Assembly (NCBI GenBank): GCA_964571855.1
Contig: CAZNDO010000017.1
Span: forward strand, 8,393 to 72,392
Direction of reading: 5' to 3'
Length of the DNA: 64,000 bases
Source of the DNA: an uncultured Gemmatimonadota bacterium
Lineage (GTDB): Bacteria > ARS69
Of this stretch, positions 9,967 through 19,355 are shown in pieces. Under the pieces are notes generated by a model. The model was not told the origin of the DNA, searched no databases, and worked only from the letters and a program-made list of their open reading frames with translations. The position numbers and the translations under genes are program-made. Each line of letters begins with the position of its first letter. The first letter of the stretch is position 1.

Positions 9967-10917
9967 ATGGCGAAGAAGATCATCGCCGTCGTGGGCGCCA
10001 CCGGCGCCCAGGGCGGAGGGCTCGTGCGCGCGATCCTCGCGGACCGGGACGGCGGGTTCGCCGTTCGCGCCCTCACGCGGAACCCGGGCTCGGACAAGGC
10101 GAAGGCCCTTTCCGCCGCCGGCGCCGAGGTCGTGGCCGCGGACCTGGACGATCCCGACAGCCTGAAGCGCGCCTTCCGCGGCGCGCACGGCGCGTTCTGC
10201 GTCACGAACTTCTGGGAGCACTTCTCCCCGGACAAGGAACTGGCGCAGGCGAAGAACATGGCGGATGCGGCGAAGGCGGAGAAGGTGGCGCACGTCATCT
10301 GGTCCACGCTGGAGGACACGCGCAAGCTCTCGCCGCTCACGGACGCGCACATCCCCACGCTGCACGGCAAGTACAAGGTCCCGCACTTCGACGCGAAGGG
10401 GGAGGCGGACGCGCACTTCGCGGCGTCGGGCGTGCCCACCACGTTCCTGCTCACGTCGTTCTACTGGGAGAACTTCGTCTTCTTCGGAATGAACCCGAAG
10501 CCGGACGCGGAAGGCACGCTGGTCTTCGCGCTGCCGATGGACGACGCGAAGCTCCCGGGCATCGCGGTCGAGGACATCGGGAAGTGCGCGTACGCCATCT
10601 TCCGGCAGGGGCCGTCCGGGTTCGCCGGGAAGTACGTGGGCATCGCCGGGGACCACGTGACGGGCAGCGAGATGGCGGCCGCCATGTCCAAGGCGTTCGG
10701 CCGCACGGTCCGCTGCAACGCGGTGCCGCCGGAGGTCTACCGCTCGTTCGGATTCCCGGGCGCGGACGATCTCGGCAACATGTTCCAGTACAAGCGGGAC
10801 TTCAACGCGCAGTTCACGGGCGCGCGCCGGCTGGAGGTGGCGCGCTCGCTGAACCCGGACATGCTCACGTTCGAGGCGTGGCTCGAGGCGAACAAGGACC
10901 GGATCCCGCGCGAGTAG
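9967..10917 (+). CDS. NmrA-family NAD(P)-binding protein
   Basis: MAKKIIAVVGATGAQGGG is a Rossmann GxxGxxG motif. The rest has an NmrA-like profile. Confidence 0.85.
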   Translation: MAKKIIAVVGATGAQGGGLVRAILADRDGGFAVRALTRNPGSDKAKALSAAGAEVVAADLDDPDSLKRAFRGAHGAFCVTNFWEHFSPDKELAQAKNMADAAKAEKVAHVIWSTLEDTRKLSPLTDAHIPTLHGKYKVPHFDAKGEADAHFAASGVPTTFLLTSFYWENFVFFGMNPKPDAEGTLVFALPMDDAKLPGIAVEDIGKCAYAIFRQGPSGFAGKYVGIAGDHVTGSEMAAAMSKAFGRTVRCNAVPPEVYRSFGFPGADDLGNMFQYKRDFNAQFTGARRLEVARSLNPDMLTFEAWLEANKDRIPRE

Positions 10918-10949
10918 CCGCCGCCGCGATCAGTCCAGACGCAGCGTCA

Positions 10950-10982
10950 GCTCCACGAGCCGCTCCCCCCGCCGCACGGTGA
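10950..10982 (+). terminator. GC-rich hairpin, stem CCGCTCCCCC/GGGGGAGCGG with a 13-nt loop, 33 nt downstream of the nmrA-like stop. There is no U-tract.
   Basis: The inverted repeat was read from the sequence. Confidence 0.3.
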
Positions 10983-11107
10983 GGGGGAGCGGCGTCCCGC
11001 GCAGCGCCTCCACGCGCGCGACGGTCTTGAATCCGGGCGGGCGTCACTGCAGAATCGGCACTCCCCCGCGACCGCTGCCACGGCATCCTGCTCCGTGGAG
11101 GCAGAAC

Positions 11108-11458
11108 ATGGATCGGCGCGAGTTCCTGGCGAAGGCGGGCGTGGTGGCCACGTGGGCCGCGGTGGCGGTGCGCGTGGGCGGTTGCGGCGACGACGGGGAC
11201 GGCAACCCCATGGACGGCGACGACGGGGACGTGACCGGGTCCGTCGCGAGCAGCTCCGGCCACACGCACGCGGTCTCCATCTCGGCGGCGCAGATCGACG
11301 CGGCGAACGCGGTCACCCTCACGCTGTCGAACTCGGCCGGGCACGTGCATGAGGTGTCGCTGACCGCGGATCAGGTCATGGACATCGGCGCCGGAGCGCG
11401 GGTGACCGCGGTCAGCACGAACGACAGCGGCCACACGCACGCGGTCACGTTCAACTGA
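11108..11458 (+). CDS. Tat-signal lipoprotein with three SGHxHxV repeats. It is a putative small metal-binding protein of unknown family.
   Basis: GGAGG lies upstream of the ATG. MDRREFLAKAGVV is a twin-arginine motif, and the lipobox is VGGC. The mature roughly 80-aa part contains SSGHTHAVS, SAGHVHEVS and SGHTHAVT. Confidence 0.6.
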   Translation: MDRREFLAKAGVVATWAAVAVRVGGCGDDGDGNPMDGDDGDVTGSVASSSGHTHAVSISAAQIDAANAVTLTLSNSAGHVHEVSLTADQVMDIGAGARVTAVSTNDSGHTHAVTFN

Positions 11459-13808
11459 CGTCGCGTCCGGCGCGCGCCACCTCGAACGTGATGCGACCGA
11501 GCTGCCGGCCGTCCACGACCTGATCGATCGCGAGCGGCGTCCAGTCGAAGGCCGATCCCGCCGGAACGGTCACGCGCACGAGGACCTCGGCGTCGTCGTC
11601 CGCGTCGAGCCGGAGACGCAGCGGCCGCCGGCGCAGCTCGCCGAGCGTCCACGTGCCGGACGCCCCGGCGAGCCGCGCGGCGTCCATGGCCACGTGCGCC
11701 CCGTCCGGCAGGCCCGACCCGAACCGCAGCTCGTGCTGCGCCGGTCCCTCGGGCATCCCGCGCAGCCGCATGCGGAAGCGCGCGTCCTCGCCCGGGACCG
11801 GCGCGCGCCGCTGCCGGCTGAGCATCCGCAGCCGCCCCGAACCCCGGAGGAAGGCGAGATATTCCTCCGTCGACGCCTCCGCGTGCGGGAGCCCGTTCCC
11901 CTCGGCCTCGTCCGCGATCCCCGCGATCCAGCTCAGCGGCCCGCCCGGGATGTCCGCGGGAAGCGACCACGGCTTCGAGACCTTCACGCCCCCGGAGGGG
12001 ACGCCGTCCACGGCCATGCGGCCAAGCGGCCGCCAGAACCGCGGGTGCAGGAACGGGGACGGCTCCGACCACCACAGCGCAACCTCCACGTCCTGGACCT
12101 CGGGCGTCCGGTTCCGCACGCGAACGCGCACGCTGCCCCCGGGCGACGCATCGGCGGGTGCGAACGCCTGGTGGCGCATCTCGGGATGGTCGAACGGTGG
12201 CGGCGGCGGACCCGGGCGCGGGACGAGGATGTCCGGGCAGAGGAACTTGTAGAAACGGTGGGCGCGATCGTTCAGTTCCGTCAGCTCGTCCATCAGGAGC
12301 ACGCGCGCCGCGGAAGGAAGCTCCAGCGCGGCCTTCGCAAGATCCGGCTGCGGGCCGATCCGATGCGTGGCCTCCTCCTCGTAGTACGGGTCCTCCGGGC
12401 GGAACGTCTGCGGCCAGCCGAAGTCCTCGTTCCGCAGGAGATCCCGCAGCGCCTGCGGCTCGGCGGGCGGACCCTCCGCCGCGCCGTCCACGCCGAGACG
12501 GCGTTTGTGCGCGGCCTGGAGCAGCGCCACCACTCCCCCGACGATGGCGGTGGCCGCGGACGTGGCCGAGAACCAGCGCGCCACCACCTCCGTGGCCGGG
12601 CAGCCCGGGTTCAGGACCGCCCCGCCCAGGCCCGGTTCCCGCGAGCACGCCGTGACCTCCGCGGACGCGGACGCGTGGCAGTCCACCCGGGGCCCGTAGT
12701 TCGTGCCGTGGATGGCCTGACCATCCGATTCGCGCCAGCGCACACGCGTGGCGCCGTCGTCCCCCAGGGTGCCCCCGCCCACGACGATGGCGCCGGAGTC
12801 GTCGGCGGACGGGTCCCAGTCGAAGTACTCGCCGTCCGGATCGACTCCCTTGAAGGAACCCCCCAGGCTGCCCAGGCCGTTCCCGGCCGGTTCCACCACG
12901 GCGATGCCGCGGCCGACGGCCACCTGGATGGCGCGGAAGACGTCCGGGTTGATCTCGACGGGGAACGACTTGGGCTCCCTCGACGTGGGCGCCATGCTCC
13001 ACTCGCCGGCCGCCGGGAGGAAGGCCTCGTGCTCGAGCACGAGCACGTCGCCCGCCACGAGCCCCTCGCCGGCGCCGGGCGTGTCGCCGAGCGCGCGGTC
13101 GATGGCCTCGCCCATGCTCGCCTCGTCCGGCACGGCGCTGAACGCAAGGCGCGCGCCGTACGCGATCCCGCGCGTCCCTTCCTCTCCGGACGACCCGAAC
13201 GGCCGCGCTCCGATCACGCCGAGCGCCGCCGTGCCGTGGCGGTACGCGGTCTCGCTGCTCCCGGCGGGCATCGCGGGCATCGCGGTGTCCGCCAGGAACT
13301 CCACGTGCTGCAGCGACTCGTGCGGATCGTACGCGGTGTCGCAGACGCACACGCGCACGCCGGCGCCGTCGGTCTCGCTCCACAAGGCGGCCGGGCCCAC
13401 GCCCACGGGCGATTCCGCGAGGTAGTCCTGCTGCGCCTGGTAGTCCGTCGCGACCGGCGAGCAAGGACGCGTGGGCAGCGCGAGCACGGCCTGCTCCACA
13501 TCCGATCGGGCCCGCAGCCGCGCCAGCAGGTCGCGCACGTCGTCCACGTCCGCGGGCAGCCGGACGCGGAGGAACCGATCCAGGCTGCGGCCACCCCCCG
13601 GACGAGCGAGCGGATGACCCTGCGCGATCAGGCGGCGCGCGAAGCGCGGGAAGCTCATGCGGGGCACGGCGCCCTGCGGGAGCAGCCGGGCGAAGCGCAC
13701 GAAGGGCGCCCCATCCTCCAGAAGCCCCTGGCCGCCCTGCTCCAGGACGGAGTCCCCCTCCGCGAGCTTCACGATCAGCTCGACCGGGATGCGGCGTGCG
13801 GGGCTCAC
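11451..13808 (-). CDS. S8 (subtilisin-like) serine peptidase with no signal peptide and a large C-terminal extension
   Basis: The catalytic triad context is VRVCVCDTAYD (Asp), YRHGTAALGVIG (His) and FSATSAATAIVGGVVAL (Ser). The N-terminal ELIVKLAEGD region is propeptide-like. The GTG start at 13808 overlaps the upstream stop (GTGA), which suggests translational coupling. Confidence 0.75.
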   Translation of the reverse strand: MSPARRIPVELIVKLAEGDSVLEQGGQGLLEDGAPFVRFARLLPQGAVPRMSFPRFARRLIAQGHPLARPGGGRSLDRFLRVRLPADVDDVRDLLARLRARSDVEQAVLALPTRPCSPVATDYQAQQDYLAESPVGVGPAALWSETDGAGVRVCVCDTAYDPHESLQHVEFLADTAMPAMPAGSSETAYRHGTAALGVIGARPFGSSGEEGTRGIAYGARLAFSAVPDEASMGEAIDRALGDTPGAGEGLVAGDVLVLEHEAFLPAAGEWSMAPTSREPKSFPVEINPDVFRAIQVAVGRGIAVVEPAGNGLGSLGGSFKGVDPDGEYFDWDPSADDSGAIVVGGGTLGDDGATRVRWRESDGQAIHGTNYGPRVDCHASASAEVTACSREPGLGGAVLNPGCPATEVVARWFSATSAATAIVGGVVALLQAAHKRRLGVDGAAEGPPAEPQALRDLLRNEDFGWPQTFRPEDPYYEEEATHRIGPQPDLAKAALELPSAARVLLMDELTELNDRAHRFYKFLCPDILVPRPGPPPPPFDHPEMRHQAFAPADASPGGSVRVRVRNRTPEVQDVEVALWWSEPSPFLHPRFWRPLGRMAVDGVPSGGVKVSKPWSLPADIPGGPLSWIAGIADEAEGNGLPHAEASTEEYLAFLRGSGRLRMLSRQRRAPVPGEDARFRMRLRGMPEGPAQHELRFGSGLPDGAHVAMDAARLAGASGTWTLGELRRRPLRLRLDADDDAEVLVRVTVPAGSAFDWTPLAIDQVVDGRQLGRITFEVARAGRDVS

Positions 13809-14653
13809 GGGTACCACCAGGGCGGTTCCTGCGTCTTGCCCTCGGTGCTGCCGCCCTCGGGCTTCGCGGAGACGACCACGCGCGTGACCGCGGGGATCGA
13901 CACGCGGTCGAACCGGTCCTTCGAGTGGTCGCCGTCCGTGCTCTCCACGAGTTCCCACGCCTGGACCTCGAACGCGTCCCCGAACCAGAACTCGAACTTC
14001 TTGTCGGTCCGGTACAGCCCGTCGGTCCCGGGCGCCTGCGTCGACTTCGCCGTGAACCCGCCCGGTCCTTGCCAGTACGAGATCACCGCACGCACGCGCT
14101 CCATGTCCGGGTGGAGCTGCCGTCCGCGCTTGCAGACGTCCGAGACCTCCCCGGGACCGACCACGGCATCGGAGCCGCCGCAACCGTCGGCGACCTTCCT
14201 GTTGGGGAACAGCCAGAACGCCTCGTCCGGATCCAGCGGCGTCGGCGACTTCGCCAGGTCCTTCCAGCTCCCCACGATGTTGATCCAGACGAAGGGATCG
14301 CCGTCCGCCAGCCGGCTGGAGTAGACGACGGCGCCCGTGGCGTCGTACAGGGCGAGGCTGTCGAGCACGTAGTCCACGTCGGGGAAGTTCCCCACCTGCA
14401 CGAGGAACCCCGTCCAGAAGTAGGACGAGTCCTCCGACACCGTCCCCGCGTGATGGAAGCGGTTGTTGGTGGGGGCCCAGGTGGCCGCGTCCACGTGCTC
14501 GAGCACGAGGTTCGCGGCGCCGGTCGTCGTCGGCGCGGGCTCCCCCGTCACCGGAGTGACGGGCGACGGGCGCCAGGGCCATCGCCACAGGACGATGACG
14601 AGCACGATGATCAGGATCGGACAGAACCAACGGCAGAACCAGCGTCCGCTCAT
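13805..14653 (-). CDS. Hypothetical single-pass membrane protein of 282 aa with an aromatic-rich extracytoplasmic domain
   Basis: A strong SD GGGAGGAAG lies before the ATG at 14653. The protein starts MSGRWFCRWFCPILIIVLVIVLWRW, which is a TM helix. No family was recognised. Its stop overlaps the S8 start. Confidence 0.6.
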   Translation of the reverse strand: MSGRWFCRWFCPILIIVLVIVLWRWPWRPSPVTPVTGEPAPTTTGAANLVLEHVDAATWAPTNNRFHHAGTVSEDSSYFWTGFLVQVGNFPDVDYVLDSLALYDATGAVVYSSRLADGDPFVWINIVGSWKDLAKSPTPLDPDEAFWLFPNRKVADGCGGSDAVVGPGEVSDVCKRGRQLHPDMERVRAVISYWQGPGGFTAKSTQAPGTDGLYRTDKKFEFWFGDAFEVQAWELVESTDGDHSKDRFDRVSIPAVTRVVVSAKPEGGSTEGKTQEPPWWYP

Positions 14654-14669
14654 CGCTTCCTCCCGCGAC

Positions 14670-17645
14670 TCACTGCCAGTCGCCCACGGCCACGAACGGA
14701 CCCCAAGTATAGGGGTGCGCGTGCCCGGATTTCGACCTCTGCTTCGCGAGCATCTCCCGCGAGGCCTCCCGCACCGCCTGTGCCGTCGCGAGCCCGCGCG
14801 ACCAGTGCGCGTCGTACACGTGTTGCATCCAGTCGCGCGTGGCCTCGTCATCCACGTCCCAGAGGCTCAGCAGGAGCGTGTGGACGCCGGCCAGCTCGAA
14901 CGCGCGGCGCAGCCCCAGCACGCCCTCGCCGCGCCGGATCTCCCCGAGCCCGGTGTCGCACGCGGAGAGCACGGCCCACCGCGTTCCGGCGAGGTCCGAC
15001 GTGGCGATTTCCTCCGCGGTCAGCACCCCGTCGTCCGGACCCTCCCGTCCGTTCGCGCCGGCAAGGGCCAGGCCGGACAGCGGCCACCGCCGGCCGCCGC
15101 CGGCCGGCGTGCGCACGACCGCCCCGATCCCGCGCGTGCCGGGCCGCGCCGCGTCCGGGGCGCCGTCCAGGAAGAAGCCGTGCGTGGCCAGGTGCACCAC
15201 CTCGCGGCCCTTCGCCCGCGCGATCACCGCGGACTCCGTGGCCTCGACACCGGCGAGAACCACCGGGGCGCCGAGTTCCGCCGCGGGCCAGGCGGCGCGC
15301 AGCGCGCGCACCTCCTCGCGCGTGCCGGGGAGCGGCTCGAAGCGCGGCAGGCGGCCGGCCGGGCGCGTGCCTTCGCCGTACGCCACATCCCCCACGAAGA
15401 GCGCGCCGTTCACGGGACGATCCGGCCACGGCCGCAGGAGATCGCGCTCCGCCGAGAGCTGGTGGAAGCACGGGCCCGTCTCCACCAGCCACGCATCCCC
15501 CGCGGCCGGGAGCGCCGCGAAGTTCACGAGGTGCAGCGAGCCGTCCGGCACGAGGATCACGGTGTCCGCGCCCGACACGCGCGGCGCCACCTTGTCCCAC
15601 ACGCTCGCCCGCAACGCGGCGCCGGCCGCGCGACATGCGCGCGCCGCCTCGGGGCCCGCGTCCGCCGCCCCGCGCTCGACGGACGCGCGCCACGCCGCCA
15701 CGGCCGCGTCCACGCGGGCCGCGTCGTCGAGGTCCACGAGCTGCGGCCTCGCGCCCGCGGTGGCCACCCATGCCGCGTACCGTGCCGGCGCCCGCCCGTC
15801 GGCGCGGAGACGGACGAACGCCACCAGACCCGCGCGCGGCGGGATGGCCGCCAGCGCGGCGTCGCCGCCGATCTCCGGTCCGCTCCCGGACCCGGCCGCC
15901 CGGCGGGCGATCGCCCGTTCCGCGCGGTCGCGCCGCTCCACGGCGGCGTCGATCCGCGCGCGATGCGCGGCCTCGGCCACTCCCTCTCCGGGTCCCGCGA
16001 CCAGCCGCTGGGCGAGCTCGCGGCTCGCGGCGCGCAGCTCCCGCAGCAGCCCGGGATCGGACGCCGCCGCGCGCCGGCGACGCAGCGTGTCCAGCACGAG
16101 CGCGCGCGAGCGAACGAGGGCGTCGAAGACGCGCGCGTCCGCCGCGGGATCGGGGCGCGCGCCCAGGCGGAACCGGTGCGCCTGATCCAGCCCGCCGCCG
16201 CGGACGTCCGCGAAGCGGACCGCTTCCCCCTCGGGCAGGAGATCGATGGTCAGCTCGGCGTGCGCGCGCGCGACGGTCTCGGACCGCAGCGCCGCCGCCA
16301 GCGCCGCCGCGTCGTTCCCCGCGCCCGCCTCCGCGCGGGCGATCGCCTCGCACGCCTCGGCCACCCGGGGATTCGCCGGTCCCACGGTCCGCTCGAAGAT
16401 CCCGAGCGCCTCGGTGGCCGCCGCGCGGGCCTTCCCGAACCGCGCCGCCTCCGTCTCCGCGCGCGCCAGTTGCAGGAGGGCGCTGCCCAGGAACACGCTC
16501 TGCGTGCCGCGCCGGCGGATCTCCACGAGACGCGTCAGCTCGCGGACCGCCAGGTCCACCTGGCCGCGTTCCAGGTCCACCTGCCCCAGCCGCTCGAGGG
16601 ACGCGGTGGTCTGCACGTGCTGCTCGCCCAGCCTCGCCTTGCGCACCGCGAGGGTCCGCTCGAGGAGGGCGCGCGCCTCGTCGGCGCGCCCCGCCGCGAG
16701 CAGCACGTCCGCCAGGTTCATGCGCGTCGACGCCACGGTCAGCCCGTCCTCGCCCTCCTCCTCGATCTGCGCGGCGCACACCTCGCGCAGGATCTCCTCC
16801 GCGCGCTCGTGCCGGCCGAGCGCGGACTGCACCAGGGCGAGGTTGTTGCGGCACGAGAGCGCGAGCGGATCGCCGGGGGGAAGGGACGCCAGCGCGGCCT
16901 CGTACTCGTCGCGCGCGGCGGCGTACTCGTCCAGCTGGAGCAGCGTTCCGGCGAGCCCGTTGTGCGCCCACGCCACGAGCGGATGCTGCGGCGCGGCGTT
17001 CCCCAGGACCTCGAGGCACTTCGCGTACACCTCGCGCGCCCGCTCGAAGTCGGCGCCCTCGCCGATGAGCCGCCCGTAGTTGTACAGCGTCTTCGCGTAC
17101 GTCACCGGATCGCCCGCCGCGTCGATCGGCAGCACGCGCTCGAAGACCGCGGACGCCTCCTCCAGGAGGTCGCGGTCCACGTACAGGTTCGCGAGGATCT
17201 TGAACGACAGGGCGCGCGCCGCCTCGGGCGAGCCGGCCACGTCGTGCAGCGCCACGGCGCGCTCCGCCTCGCGACGCGCGGACTCGAAGTCCCCGGCGCG
17301 GTGGTAGGCCTGGGCGAGGCGGCTCGTGGCGGTGGCGGCGCGGGTGCGATCGCCGGTGGCCGCGGTGCGGCGCGCGAGCTGCAGCGCGAGGTCCACGGCG
17401 TCCTCGCCGCCGCCCTTCACGGCGATGTCCACCATCTCCTGCAGGACCTCCAGCGCGAACTCCTCGTCCCCGCCCGCACCGGCGCGACTCCACAGCGCGC
17501 GCGCCCGGTCGCGGGCCTCCGCGAGCTGCCCGCCCCGGTGCAGCGACCGCACGGCGTCCAGCTCCGCGCGCGCGGCGTCGTCCACGGCGGGCGCCGGCGC
17601 GGCCGCGAGGGCCAGGAGGAGCACGAGCGCGAGGTTGCGCATCAC
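14670..17645 (-). CDS. Secreted TPR-repeat protein with a C-terminal CHAT (caspase-like) protease domain
   Basis: The signal peptide is MMRNLALVLLLALAAAPAPA and about 400 aa of TPR-like repeats follow. The CHAT His/Cys dyad sits in VVHLATHGFF and AVLSACDTGLGE. The start is 3 nt after the upstream kinase stop. Confidence 0.8.
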   Translation of the reverse strand: MMRNLALVLLLALAAAPAPAVDDAARAELDAVRSLHRGGQLAEARDRARALWSRAGAGGDEEFALEVLQEMVDIAVKGGGEDAVDLALQLARRTAATGDRTRAATATSRLAQAYHRAGDFESARREAERAVALHDVAGSPEAARALSFKILANLYVDRDLLEEASAVFERVLPIDAAGDPVTYAKTLYNYGRLIGEGADFERAREVYAKCLEVLGNAAPQHPLVAWAHNGLAGTLLQLDEYAAARDEYEAALASLPPGDPLALSCRNNLALVQSALGRHERAEEILREVCAAQIEEEGEDGLTVASTRMNLADVLLAAGRADEARALLERTLAVRKARLGEQHVQTTASLERLGQVDLERGQVDLAVRELTRLVEIRRRGTQSVFLGSALLQLARAETEAARFGKARAAATEALGIFERTVGPANPRVAEACEAIARAEAGAGNDAAALAAALRSETVARAHAELTIDLLPEGEAVRFADVRGGGLDQAHRFRLGARPDPAADARVFDALVRSRALVLDTLRRRRAAASDPGLLRELRAASRELAQRLVAGPGEGVAEAAHRARIDAAVERRDRAERAIARRAAGSGSGPEIGGDAALAAIPPRAGLVAFVRLRADGRAPARYAAWVATAGARPQLVDLDDAARVDAAVAAWRASVERGAADAGPEAARACRAAGAALRASVWDKVAPRVSGADTVILVPDGSLHLVNFAALPAAGDAWLVETGPCFHQLSAERDLLRPWPDRPVNGALFVGDVAYGEGTRPAGRLPRFEPLPGTREEVRALRAAWPAAELGAPVVLAGVEATESAVIARAKGREVVHLATHGFFLDGAPDAARPGTRGIGAVVRTPAGGGRRWPLSGLALAGANGREGPDDGVLTAEEIATSDLAGTRWAVLSACDTGLGEIRRGEGVLGLRRAFELAGVHTLLLSLWDVDDEATRDWMQHVYDAHWSRGLATAQAVREASREMLAKQRSKSGHAHPYTWGPFVAVGDWQ

Positions 17646-17648
17646 GCC

Positions 17649-19355
17649 TCAGGGAACGGGGTTGTCCAGCTCCACGCGCCAGGTCCACGGGCCGTCGCGA
17701 TCCGACGCATCGCGGATCCGCTCGAACACGCGCTCCAGGGGAGTGGCCGCGCGCACCGGCTCCCCACCCGTCCCCTTCACGACCCCGCCGATGCCGCGCA
17801 CCCTGCGCGCCACCTGCTCCAGATCCGCGGGCGTGACCTCCACCGGGACACCGGCCGCGGCCTCCGGCACGTCCGCGATCGCCGCCTCCAGCGACTCCAG
17901 CCGCTCCGTGGACGCGATCACGTACACGCGCTCGCGGCCGCCCGCGCTCGTGACCGCCCAGCTGGCCGCCGCGCCGTCCAGGCGGCCGGGCAGGCGGTGC
18001 GTCGCGCCGGCGGGAAGCGGGTTGTGCGCATCGGTCCCGCTCAGCGGGAACAGGAGGTGCACCTGCCCGGCATCGTCCTCGTTCAGCACGTACGCCCACA
18101 CGTCCCGGCTGCCGCGCAGATCCAGGTTCAGCAGGTCCCCGGGACGGACGGATCCGCCGCTGGCCAGCTCGGCCGTCCCGGCGTCGCGCGTGCGCAGGAG
18201 CGCCGCGGTGACGTCGAGCGGCGGCGGCGCAAGGGAGCGCCACACGAGCACGCCGGTCAGCACCGCCGCCGCGCCGATCGCGACCGGCGCCGCCCAGCGA
18301 CGCGCGAGCGAGCGCACGGGCGACACGCCGACGGACGCCGCGAGCGACCGCTCCATCTCGCCCGCGCTCCGGTACCGCTCCGCCGGGTCCCGCGCGAGGG
18401 CGCGCTCCACCACGGCCACGAACGCGGCCGGCGCGTCGGGCCGCGCGTCCCGCAGCGGCGTGAACTCGCCGCGGCGGTGACGGTCGCGCAGCTCGCGCGG
18501 CGACGTGGCATCCACCGGGTACCTCCCGGACACCAGCCGGTACAGCAGCACGCCCACCGCGTACAGGTCCGCGGCGGTGGCGCCCCGCTCGCCTTCGAAC
18601 ACCTCGGGCGCCAGGTACCGCGACGTACCCACGAACGCCTCGTGGTCCGGCAGCGACTCCACGCGGCGCGCGTCCACGGTGGTGCTGAAGTCCATGAGCA
18701 CGATGCGCCCGCCCTCCTCGCGCATCACGTTCGCGGCCTTCACGTCGCGATGCACGAGTCCGGCCGCGTGGACGGCAGCGAGCGCCTTCAGGACTTCCAC
18801 CCCGATCGCCACCGCCTCACGCGGACCGAACGTGCCGCGCTCCTCGAGGCACTGCTCGAGGGTGCGCCCCTGCACGAGCTCCATCCAGATCCCGACACGC
18901 CCGTCGCGGACGCGCGCGCCGTGCACCACCACCACGTTCGGATGCCGGATGCGCGCGAGCCCCTGCGCCTCGCGGAGCAGCGCCTGCGGGTCCGTGCCGC
19001 AGGTGCCCTTGAGGATCTTCAGCGCGACGTCCTTCTTCAGGTCCGGGTCGCGGGCGCGGTACACCTCGCCGCAGCCGCCGTGGCCGATGCGGTCCAGGAT
19101 CTCGAGCGAGCCCCACGCGCGCAGGCGTTCGCCGGATCCTCCCTCGTCCGCGCGGGCCGGGGTGGCCGCGGGCTGCATGCGCTCCGTGGAGTCGAAGCCC
19201 AGCGGATCGCGCTGGATGGCGCCGAGCCGCTCGAGGACGCGCAGGTTCGCGATGAGCCGGCCGTCGTCCGTGTCGTCGATCTCCGCGTTCCAGTCCACGG
19301 GTTGCGCGTCCGCCACGGCGCCGGCGATGCGCTCCAGGCGATCCGGTGCCATCAT
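17649..19355 (-). CDS. Transmembrane Ser/Thr protein kinase with an extracytoplasmic DUF4384-like C-terminal domain
   Basis: The gene starts ATGATG at 19355, overlapping the sigma-factor stop. It carries GHGGCGEVYRA, VALKIL, HRDVKAANVM, DFSTT and GTSRYLAPE. A TM helix WAAPVAIGAAAVLTGVLVW separates the kinase from a roughly 270-aa C-terminal domain. Confidence 0.8.
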   Translation of the reverse strand: MMAPDRLERIAGAVADAQPVDWNAEIDDTDDGRLIANLRVLERLGAIQRDPLGFDSTERMQPAATPARADEGGSGERLRAWGSLEILDRIGHGGCGEVYRARDPDLKKDVALKILKGTCGTDPQALLREAQGLARIRHPNVVVVHGARVRDGRVGIWMELVQGRTLEQCLEERGTFGPREAVAIGVEVLKALAAVHAAGLVHRDVKAANVMREEGGRIVLMDFSTTVDARRVESLPDHEAFVGTSRYLAPEVFEGERGATAADLYAVGVLLYRLVSGRYPVDATSPRELRDRHRRGEFTPLRDARPDAPAAFVAVVERALARDPAERYRSAGEMERSLAASVGVSPVRSLARRWAAPVAIGAAAVLTGVLVWRSLAPPPLDVTAALLRTRDAGTAELASGGSVRPGDLLNLDLRGSRDVWAYVLNEDDAGQVHLLFPLSGTDAHNPLPAGATHRLPGRLDGAAASWAVTSAGGRERVYVIASTERLESLEAAIADVPEAAAGVPVEVTPADLEQVARRVRGIGGVVKGTGGEPVRAATPLERVFERIRDASDRDGPWTWRVELDNPVP

